In this document: positions 48,469 through 56,334 of the stretch, piece by piece
Layout of the letters: the number at the start of each line of letters is the position of its first letter
Numbering within the stretch: position 1 is the first letter of the stretch
Sequence record: OR513085.1
Reading direction: 5' to 3' (one strand)
Length of the DNA: 64,000 nt
The notes under the pieces: generated by a model
The model's input: the letters and a program-made list of their open reading frames with translations, nothing else
Database searches by the model: none
What the model was told of the DNA's origin: nothing
Position numbers and translations under genes: made by a program

Positions 48469-50190
48469 ATGCAAGAACGAAATGCACCTTCGTGGATAAA
48501 CGAAGAATCACTGGCTATGCTTAACAGAGGTTATTTATTGCCAGGAGAAACTGTAAACGATGCAATTGACAGAATATGTAAAGCTGCGGCGTCTTATTTT
48601 GTAGGGACTAAATACGAAGCAGATGCTTATAGTAAATTCCGCAGAAACATTGAAAATAACTGGATATCATTCAGTTCACCAGTTTGGTCCAACATGGGAA
48701 CTAATCGAGGCTTACCTATATCTTGTTTCAATACACATATTCCAGATGAAATGTTTGGCATAGCAAATAAACATACAGAGAATGTTATGATGTCTAAGCT
48801 AGGAGGAGGTACTTCATCATACTGGGGCGAGCTAAGAGCCAGAGGTACTAACATTACAGATAACGGAAAAGCTGGCGGCCCAGTACCATTCATGAAAATG
48901 TTCGACACTATGATGACTGTAATTTCCCAAGGAGGTGTTAGAAGGGGAAGCCATGCAGCTTACTTAGATATCGACCATGCAGATATTGAAGAGTTCTTGC
49001 AAATTAAAGAAATCGGCAACGATATACAAAACCTATTCACTGGTGTTAACGTTCCGGACTACTGGATGAATGACATGATTAATGGAGATACTAAAAAGCG
49101 TGAAATCTGGGCTAAAGTGTTAGAGTCAAGAAAAACTAAAGGATTGCCTTACATTTTCTTTACTGACAACGTTAACAAAAATAAACCGCAAATTTACAAA
49201 GATCGTAAGGCAGATATTAAGTCTTCAAATTTATGCGCCGAAATAATGTTGCCATCTACGTTGACTGAATCATTCGTCTGCTGTCTTTCATCAATCAACT
49301 TAATTAAGTGGGATGAAATTAAAGATACTGATGCTATATTCTGGGCCATATTGTTCCTAGATGCAGTTATGCAAGAATTTATTAACAAAACTAAGGATAT
49401 GCCAGGTATGGCCGAATCCAGAGCATTTGCAGAAAGACATAGAGCCATCGGCTTAGGAGTTCTAGGCTATCATGCATACTTGCAGTCTAAAATGGTAGCA
49501 TTTGATTCTTTTGAGGCTACTAGAATCAACAACAGTATATTTAAACAATTGGGCAAGCAAACTAAAGAAGCTTCCGAAGAAATTGGAAAAGAACTTGGAT
49601 TTGCTCCAATATTCCTAGAAGGCGAAACTACTGATATTCCTAGAAGGCACACTACGACCATGGCGTTGCCCCCTACGACATCATCTTCAAGTATAAGTCA
49701 AATTTTCTATAAAAACGAAGATGGTTCAACAGAGGCCTTTGGTAATTCCCCTGGGATAGAGCCGTATTCATCAAATTATTACAAAGCCGGTCTTGCAAAA
49801 GGCAATTTTATGAGAACTAACGGATTCTTAAAACGATTGCTGGTAGAAAAAGGCCTGGACAATGAAGACATTTGGAGAGGCATAATGCTTAACCATGGCT
49901 CAGTTCAGCACATAAACGAACTATCCGATCATGAGAAAAATGTTTTCAAAACGTTCAAAGAAATTTCGCCGTCAGCTATTATAACACAAGCAGCTCAGCG
50001 ACAAGTTTACGTAGATCAAGGTCAATCTTTGAACTTGCTAATTCCTACAGAAATGAGCGTCAAAGACGTCAATCGTCTATACATCGAAGCCTGGGAAAAA
50101 GGCGTTAAAACATTGTACTACCAAAGATCATCGTCAGTTTCCAAGGAAATGATGACTGGCTTTGTAACTTGCAATAGCTGTGAAGCTTGA
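48469..50190 (+). CDS. nrdA: ribonucleotide reductase class I alpha subunit, no ATP cone
   Basis: FSSPVW, PISCF, GGGT, SNLCAE, CCLSS, PPTTSSS, KTLYYQR, C-terminal CNSC. Confidence 0.95.
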   Translation: MQERNAPSWINEESLAMLNRGYLLPGETVNDAIDRICKAAASYFVGTKYEADAYSKFRRNIENNWISFSSPVWSNMGTNRGLPISCFNTHIPDEMFGIANKHTENVMMSKLGGGTSSYWGELRARGTNITDNGKAGGPVPFMKMFDTMMTVISQGGVRRGSHAAYLDIDHADIEEFLQIKEIGNDIQNLFTGVNVPDYWMNDMINGDTKKREIWAKVLESRKTKGLPYIFFTDNVNKNKPQIYKDRKADIKSSNLCAEIMLPSTLTESFVCCLSSINLIKWDEIKDTDAIFWAILFLDAVMQEFINKTKDMPGMAESRAFAERHRAIGLGVLGYHAYLQSKMVAFDSFEATRINNSIFKQLGKQTKEASEEIGKELGFAPIFLEGETTDIPRRHTTTMALPPTTSSSSISQIFYKNEDGSTEAFGNSPGIEPYSSNYYKAGLAKGNFMRTNGFLKRLLVEKGLDNEDIWRGIMLNHGSVQHINELSDHEKNVFKTFKEISPSAIITQAAQRQVYVDQGQSLNLLIPTEMSVKDVNRLYIEAWEKGVKTLYYQRSSSVSKEMMTGFVTCNSCEA

Positions 50191-50211
50191 TGCAAAAATA
50201 ACAAAACTACT

Positions 50212-50529
50212 ATGCAAAAATTTAAATTTTCAGACTTATTGTCTATGTTCTCAAACGCACTGTTTATCATGCGTTTAGTTTTTACAACTCTTGCATTTTA
50301 TATAGCATTCAGACTAACTCTCACATATTTAAATTTTGAAACGCTGGCTACTTTGTGGCCAGCTTTTTCTAAAATTGACCCAGAGTTGCTAAGTACTATG
50401 ACTATGCTAGGACGTATGGCTTTATTATGCTACATTGGCTATACATATATTATCAACGCATGTAATGCTATTCACGACAGATTGACTGCTGGCGAGTATA
50501 TTAATACAGAGGTTGATAAAACTGTATAG
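50212..50529 (+). CDS. small membrane protein
   Basis: two hydrophobic segments. Confidence 0.65.
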   Translation: MQKFKFSDLLSMFSNALFIMRLVFTTLAFYIAFRLTLTYLNFETLATLWPAFSKIDPELLSTMTMLGRMALLCYIGYTYIINACNAIHDRLTAGEYINTEVDKTV

Positions 50530-50547
50530 AACTCACAACAACACAAT

Positions 50548-50754
50548 ATGAAAACATTTAGCCAGTTTATCACCGACTGCATGGTCAGTTTCGGCAACTT
50601 CGTTCTGTCAAAAGAACGTGAGGATAATGTTTCCGAAGAAGTCAAACGATCAGTTACGGATGCTGACTTGGCTAATTGGAAAGAAAAGAACAACATAACG
50701 GACAATAACAACTCAATAGAAAATCACGAACCTGGGAATGGCATCAAACTTTAA
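50548..50754 (+). CDS. small hypothetical protein
   Basis: operonic ORF. Confidence 0.55.
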   Translation: MKTFSQFITDCMVSFGNFVLSKEREDNVSEEVKRSVTDADLANWKEKNNITDNNNSIENHEPGNGIKL

Positions 50755-52108
50755 TAACGATCAAAACGGAAATGGAGGGCTTGGCTCTGATGGAATGTAT
50801 CACGATGGACATATGTATGTTTCCGATGAAATGCTAAATTGCGGACCTGTAGGAGGCCAGCTACAAGGCGGTCAATGGAGACACTTCAAAACATTTGACC
50901 CTAACTCAAACGGTTCATTGCCTTGCGGTAACTGTGGCAATTCACACTGTCATCATTGTCATACTTACTTACAAAATGGTAAATGGTCAAATGACTATCA
51001 TGGCTACAATCATCATGGATATTCGCCTGACCAAACTACAAGGTACATGATGAAATATCATGGAGGAAATTATGCACAGCTTAAAAATCTAAACAAAATT
51101 GTCAAAGATCGTAAAGCGACAAAAGTTATTTACATGGATTTTGATGGCATATTCTCCGGAACTATGGCATACAATAAGGACGAGAAATTCATGAAGACTG
51201 CGCAATTTTCTGCACGTTATGCTATTGAAATGCTTAGATTCTACGGATTTGAAGTTAACATTATAACAGGCGACCAATCTGGTTCAGGGTTTGACATTAC
51301 TAACAAAATTTTGGAAAGAATTCCGGTTAATTCTGTACAATACGTATCTGGTCATGACAAATTCATGCATATGTCTGCCAACCACGACATAACTAAAATA
51401 TTCTATGTCGGCGATGATCTTTTCGACTTAGGAATGGCTGCTGGTCGTAGAACTCCTATTCTTATGACTACAGCAAATGCTATGTGGGCTTTGAAAAATA
51501 TGGCACATTACACGGCACTTTCAGGTTCGCATGATTATTCAGTGTTTGACATTGCGTCGGCTATACTTATGTCTTTTGAAATTGACCCTATTGCATATGC
51601 TGCCAAGACTAGAAGAAACAAAATTGCTACAGACCTTGCGGCTAACATAAACTTTAGAATCGGAAATAACATAGCATTCACTGAAAATTCGCAAAACTGG
51701 ACTGCTAATTACTTACCAATTTTAGTTTCTGACTATGGAGTTAATCCTGATCACATAGGACTTACTACTCCTTATGTTAAGCCAGACAACATGAAGTCTG
51801 TAGATGACATTTATATTGCTACTAACTTAGATTATTTTGTAGACAACTATGCATCATTAAGGCATAACAGGACTTATTTCTTACTACCTAGAGAAATTGG
51901 CCTAGGTGATGTTAAGTTTATTGAAACATTAATGGCACTGGACAAACTACTAGCATCGCCACTAATTGAATGGACTATATTAACTGACCACCTTTCTGAA
52001 AATTCCAAGCCTATGCTTTATGCAATTTGTATGGAGAAAAAGCTATACAATGTACTTTCTGCGACAGGCTTTACTGACCCGCAGATATCACCTACTAGCG
52101 GAGGCTAA
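50738..52108 (+). CDS. KdsC/YrbI-type HAD sugar-phosphate phosphatase with His/Cys/Gly-rich N-terminus and extra C-terminal domain
   Basis: DFDGIFS (motif I), IITG, HDK, YVGDDLFD; N-terminal CGNCGNSHCHHCH. Confidence 0.75.
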   Translation: MASNFNNDQNGNGGLGSDGMYHDGHMYVSDEMLNCGPVGGQLQGGQWRHFKTFDPNSNGSLPCGNCGNSHCHHCHTYLQNGKWSNDYHGYNHHGYSPDQTTRYMMKYHGGNYAQLKNLNKIVKDRKATKVIYMDFDGIFSGTMAYNKDEKFMKTAQFSARYAIEMLRFYGFEVNIITGDQSGSGFDITNKILERIPVNSVQYVSGHDKFMHMSANHDITKIFYVGDDLFDLGMAAGRRTPILMTTANAMWALKNMAHYTALSGSHDYSVFDIASAILMSFEIDPIAYAAKTRRNKIATDLAANINFRIGNNIAFTENSQNWTANYLPILVSDYGVNPDHIGLTTPYVKPDNMKSVDDIYIATNLDYFVDNYASLRHNRTYFLLPREIGLGDVKFIETLMALDKLLASPLIEWTILTDHLSENSKPMLYAICMEKKLYNVLSATGFTDPQISPTSGG

Positions 52109-52110
52109 AA

Positions 52111-52150
52111 ACAAAAATGCCAGGACTTCAAAAAGTCCTGGCATTTTTGT
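52111..52150. terminator. bidirectional terminator
   Basis: ACAAAAATGCCAGGACT...AGTCCTGGCATTTTTGT between convergent genes. Confidence 0.85.
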
Positions 52151-53974
52151 TTATCGTTCAGATGCATAAATCCAAAAATTACGTATCCATTGCTTAACTG
52201 CCAAGGTATACCCAAAGTTGTTTGGATGTAAACCATCACCGGTAGTTATTGACAATGTCTCATCAGTAATTTCAGACTGTCTAAATTGGTCAATGTATCG
52301 CCAACCATTTAGTGCGGCAATGGTCATAATTGCAATTTCGTAGTCTAAAAGTGTATGACCTGCGGTGTTTGTTGATGTTGATGTATAACCGCCATTGTTT
52401 CGCCTAAAGGCATTAGAGCAAAATATAACTGCACCAGGTGTAAGACTTTGAACTTTGTCATTAAACGCTCTTAATGCGCCATAATATGTTAGTATGCCTG
52501 TAGCATTTTTATAATCATCAATTGTACCTATAGGAATATTACGCTTAAAGTCATTAGTAATAGTGTCAATTGACCAAAAGCCATCAGAAGTATCAGTCCA
52601 TGTATTAAAATAGTTTGTTATAGATGCAGTATCGCCAGTAGGTAATGTAGCGCCTAATGATCTTCCTGAGTAACAATATTTGTTGTAACCGTTGAACTTA
52701 AATATTTTTTTAATTAATGTTTGTATACCTACAGCCATAGTGTCAGTACCGCTATACAAAACACCATCCTGGGCCCATATAGAATGACCTACACAATGCC
52801 AAACTTTGTCAATTTTGATCTTTTCAGTAGCTTTGGTAGTAGGCAATAACTTTTCAATTATCTTTGGCCCAGTTAATGTTACTACTGGAGGAGTTGCAGA
52901 ATATCCGCAAGCTCTAATAGCAACTATGTCTGCAGGAACAATTACTTTAATTGGTTCCAATGAATGATCTGAATTGCCAATTAATACTTGTACACTGTTA
53001 TCTGCTTTGTAACCCACCATACCAACTGCTGCAGTAGATTGATTAGTTGCGCCAGTATAGCCTAACGTTAAACCTGCAACATCATGAATAAGTTCAGTAG
53101 TTCTCCAATTGCCGGAATTAATTACTGCGCCATTAGCATCTATGTATGAATTGGCTGGTGTATAATCACCGGTAATGTCAGTTACTATGCTTTCAGTAAG
53201 CGGCGACATTATAACGTTTTTGCCTTCATCTGTAGCTACTATGGCGTATTCAAGCTTATTAAATTCAAGTGAAATGTCTATAAATCCTTGTGCAGTGCCA
53301 AATGCGGTTCCGCTTAAATCATTGACTGTAGTAATGTATGGTGTACCATAACCTGCTGCGGCGGTACGTAATACTGCTGGCGACACTCGCTTATATGCAA
53401 ATGGGTTGTTTGCTAATATTTGCACCCACATGTCGTTAGAATAGTCTATAGCTAGGTCAAAGTTTATCGTAGCTAGTGCTTGGACTGTTGTGCTAGCAGG
53501 AATAACTTGACGCTTCTTTTTAATTAGTCTACCACCTGCTGCTTTGCCTTCAAACAACCTAATTTCAATTTCAGTTACAGGAGTTTCAATTTTTTGGGCA
53601 AAATGAATGTTTACTTTGTCAAAAGGCTCGGCTACAATTCCTAACGATGCAGATATTCCATGAACCGATGTAACTGTAGAATTGCCAATAGTTCCGGTTG
53701 CAGTAACTTGCTTTTCAGAAGTTTCTACTAAAGCATTAGTGAACAAAGTATTTTGTATAAGTACTTTAGTGTCTATGTATTCAGAAGTAGCCTTCATTAC
53801 TGCGCCTTTAGTATCATCTGCAGGATTAAATGAAGTTTCCAAGTTAATGCCTGGCATGTCTTCCTGATTTAAGACTTTTAGCACATCACCTTCAGTCACT
53901 ATAATTTTTGCTTTAACTTTCTCGGTAGCACCGCCTAACTGCGATGGTAACAGCCGCTTAAATTCATTAGCCAT
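52151..53974 (-). CDS. virion-associated protein with C-terminal SGNH/GDSL esterase domain
   Basis: VGHSI (block I), SGRSL, ITND, DGLHPN; beta-rich N-part; TATAAATA upstream on the minus strand. Confidence 0.7.
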   Translation of the reverse strand: MANEFKRLLPSQLGGATEKVKAKIIVTEGDVLKVLNQEDMPGINLETSFNPADDTKGAVMKATSEYIDTKVLIQNTLFTNALVETSEKQVTATGTIGNSTVTSVHGISASLGIVAEPFDKVNIHFAQKIETPVTEIEIRLFEGKAAGGRLIKKKRQVIPASTTVQALATINFDLAIDYSNDMWVQILANNPFAYKRVSPAVLRTAAAGYGTPYITTVNDLSGTAFGTAQGFIDISLEFNKLEYAIVATDEGKNVIMSPLTESIVTDITGDYTPANSYIDANGAVINSGNWRTTELIHDVAGLTLGYTGATNQSTAAVGMVGYKADNSVQVLIGNSDHSLEPIKVIVPADIVAIRACGYSATPPVVTLTGPKIIEKLLPTTKATEKIKIDKVWHCVGHSIWAQDGVLYSGTDTMAVGIQTLIKKIFKFNGYNKYCYSGRSLGATLPTGDTASITNYFNTWTDTSDGFWSIDTITNDFKRNIPIGTIDDYKNATGILTYYGALRAFNDKVQSLTPGAVIFCSNAFRRNNGGYTSTSTNTAGHTLLDYEIAIMTIAALNGWRYIDQFRQSEITDETLSITTGDGLHPNNFGYTLAVKQWIRNFWIYASER

Positions 53975-54003
53975 ATTTATAATTTTTAATAGTATTTGTA
54001 GTT

Positions 54004-54011
54004 TATTTATA
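54004..54011 (-). promoter_or_regulatory. T4-type late promoter motif TATAAATA (minus strand)
   Basis: TATTTATA on plus strand, about 30 nt upstream of the 53974 start. Confidence 0.45.
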
Positions 54012-54051
54012 TTGCACCTAAAATTGCAATAAATATGTATATTAGAATAAT

Positions 54052-54276
54052 ATGCTAACTTATATAACAGACAGGAAGCGCCACTTAATATGTGAGCCGT
54101 ATAGCTTAGAAAACTTGCATCGCATGGCTACGGAATTGAACATAAACATTTGCTGGTTCCATGGTGGCAAATATCCACACTACGATATTCCTAAACGTAG
54201 AATTGCAGATATTGAAGAACGCTGCAAAATAGTTAGGCCTCGTGAATTGTTGCAAATTATCAAAGATAACCAGTAA
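54052..54276 (+). CDS. DUF4031-like small protein
   Basis: LHRMA..L.I...WF......HYDIP pattern. Confidence 0.6.
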   Translation: MLTYITDRKRHLICEPYSLENLHRMATELNINICWFHGGKYPHYDIPKRRIADIEERCKIVRPRELLQIIKDNQ

Positions 54277-54328
54277 CTTTGCCGCATGCTTAGTATCATA
54301 TACACATATAACAAATAAACATAGACAA

Positions 54329-54934
54329 ATGCTAGTACTTTTTGAAGGTCCGGATGGTTCCGGTAAATCCACACTAATTGCCAAAATAAAGCAAAAGTTT
54401 CTGCCGGAAGCTTTAGTATGTAAGCGTAATTCGTTCAAAACATACAATCCGGAGGAATCAAAATACCCAACTAATATCGACTTAACGTTATCCGCACCAT
54501 GGGACTGGAGATTTTTCTTGGAAATGCATGAAGCTAATTTCAAGTCACATAATTTCCTTTGCGACAGATCATTCATTACACAAAGAGTTTACCAGGATGC
54601 TTTAGGCCCTGAAACTAAAACTCCTGAATTGGATGCTACTTTGTTAGCTTACGAACATGAAGTTTCGCAAATTCCTCACCTAGTAGTTTATTGTAAGCGT
54701 AAAACTCTACGTAACGATGGCGACTTTGCTGCAATGGATAACAAAGAACTTGATATTGTTGCAAGGTACGAGGAATACATTGACAATGAATGTACTTTGA
54801 ACAAAATTGTCATTGACACTGAAAAACTTGACATCGACTCTTGTACTGCTTTGATAGTCGGTGCTATCCAGGCAGCTTACAATCACTATGTAGAAAACAA
54901 ATCTGGTAAAGCTATTAACATATGGGCAGATTAA
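54329..54934 (+). CDS. deoxynucleoside monophosphate (thymidylate kinase-like) kinase
   Basis: FEGPDGSGKST P-loop, CDRSFIT..VY; likely start ATG 54329. Confidence 0.85.
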   Translation: MLVLFEGPDGSGKSTLIAKIKQKFLPEALVCKRNSFKTYNPEESKYPTNIDLTLSAPWDWRFFLEMHEANFKSHNFLCDRSFITQRVYQDALGPETKTPELDATLLAYEHEVSQIPHLVVYCKRKTLRNDGDFAAMDNKELDIVARYEEYIDNECTLNKIVIDTEKLDIDSCTALIVGAIQAAYNHYVENKSGKAINIWAD

Positions 54935-56265
54935 ACAAACAGCCTGGGGGTCTTCTTGACTCCCAGTTTTCCGCAATACTTTCACAAAAAACTAACAGAA
55001 CAATAATCGAAGCCAATTCGGTTCATGATGCTTACGTTCTAGGACTTCATGCATTAGCTAACGGTAGCCAGGATATCGAAGTTAAGGAAGGAGTCAAAAC
55101 AAAAAACTTACACAATGCAATAATTGAACTTACTCCTCAGTATTCCGAGGAAAATCCAATGGGCTACTTTAGTAAGCGAGTTTTTTGTAAAAAGCGTAAC
55201 CTGACTAACAAAATTCAAAATGCTGAGTTTGCTTGGTATATGACGCTAAACTCCGAAGTTGACGCTATCACACCTTACATCAAAAATTGGAATAAGTTTT
55301 CTGATGACGGCATTCATGTTAATTCAAACTACGGAGCTATCTGGGCTGAGCAAATGCCAGGAGTCATACAAAAGCTGGTTTTTGATAAGTATACTAGGCA
55401 GGCTTCGTTAGCAATTTATTCAAGAGACATGGCTAACATGCATGACTCCAAGGATATAAATTGTACATTGTCAGTAGACTTCAAAATTTTACCAAGAGCT
55501 ATTGGCGGAGGTGATGAACTTCATATGACTGTAATGATGAGGTCTAACGATATTGTTCACGGTCTACCAATTGACATGTTCTGTTTCGGTACGCTTTTGG
55601 AATTGTTACGTAACGAACTAGCTACGTACTACGAAAACTTATACTTAGGAACTTACACGCATATTGCAACATCATTGCATATCTACGAAAATGCTTACGA
55701 TAAGTTAGAAGGCATTGAACTTATGGAGCCTGAACGTATTCAAAAGAAAAACGAAATCACAGCAATTCCGCCGGCAGTAACTTACATGAACTTCTGGGTA
55801 CATCAACCTGCATATATCATGGGCATCCTGGATAAAAAACATTTTGCCAAGTTCACCAAGAACTATGATATGTTCTTTTCGTTCAATTTCATTAACTCGT
55901 TAGTTGAGGAGCTTTATATCGACAAGCATAAAAACTACACTAACTTGATTAAAATTGAGGACTTAATGCCAGTATTCGATGAAGTTGTAGCATACTGTGA
56001 TGAGTATGACATTACATTACCTGCACAAGAATATGCTAAGGACAAAGTAAAAATGTTTGATTTACTTTATGACTGTGCTAAAATAGCAGGAACACAAATG
56101 ATGTCTACTGCATTTTTGTCAACAGTTATACTGGCTAGGGATGCTGCACATTTTAAACAATCATTCACGCATATAAGCGGTTTTGCATCTAGCAAATTCC
56201 CGATAACTAGATATTGTGCATACCAGGCAGTACTTAATTATGTTCTAAACGCACCGAAAGACTAG
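54922..56265 (+). CDS. dCMP hydroxymethylase/hydroxylase-like enzyme (T4 gp42-like, thymidylate-synthase fold) with C-terminal extension
   Basis: AEFAWY, VNSNYG, DINCT (catalytic Cys), MRSNDIVHGLPID (Asp at the dCMP-specificity position), SLHIY. Confidence 0.85.
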   Translation: MGRLNKQPGGLLDSQFSAILSQKTNRTIIEANSVHDAYVLGLHALANGSQDIEVKEGVKTKNLHNAIIELTPQYSEENPMGYFSKRVFCKKRNLTNKIQNAEFAWYMTLNSEVDAITPYIKNWNKFSDDGIHVNSNYGAIWAEQMPGVIQKLVFDKYTRQASLAIYSRDMANMHDSKDINCTLSVDFKILPRAIGGGDELHMTVMMRSNDIVHGLPIDMFCFGTLLELLRNELATYYENLYLGTYTHIATSLHIYENAYDKLEGIELMEPERIQKKNEITAIPPAVTYMNFWVHQPAYIMGILDKKHFAKFTKNYDMFFSFNFINSLVEELYIDKHKNYTNLIKIEDLMPVFDEVVAYCDEYDITLPAQEYAKDKVKMFDLLYDCAKIAGTQMMSTAFLSTVILARDAAHFKQSFTHISGFASSKFPITRYCAYQAVLNYVLNAPKD

Positions 56266-56334
56266 CATCTTTTATTATAATTTCAATGTTTGGGCTGGCA
56301 TAAGCTGGCCCATTTTTGCATTTTAAAATTACTT

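Noticed and set aside
44257-50190. Group I introns or inteins in nrdB, nrdA or thyA
   Set aside because: All three ORFs are continuous and of normal length; the endonucleases lie between genes
54922-56265. dUMP hydroxymethylase (hmU pathway) or a duplicate thyA
   Set aside because: The specificity residue is Asp, not Asn, and the motifs match gp42 (NSNYG, CT, RSND)
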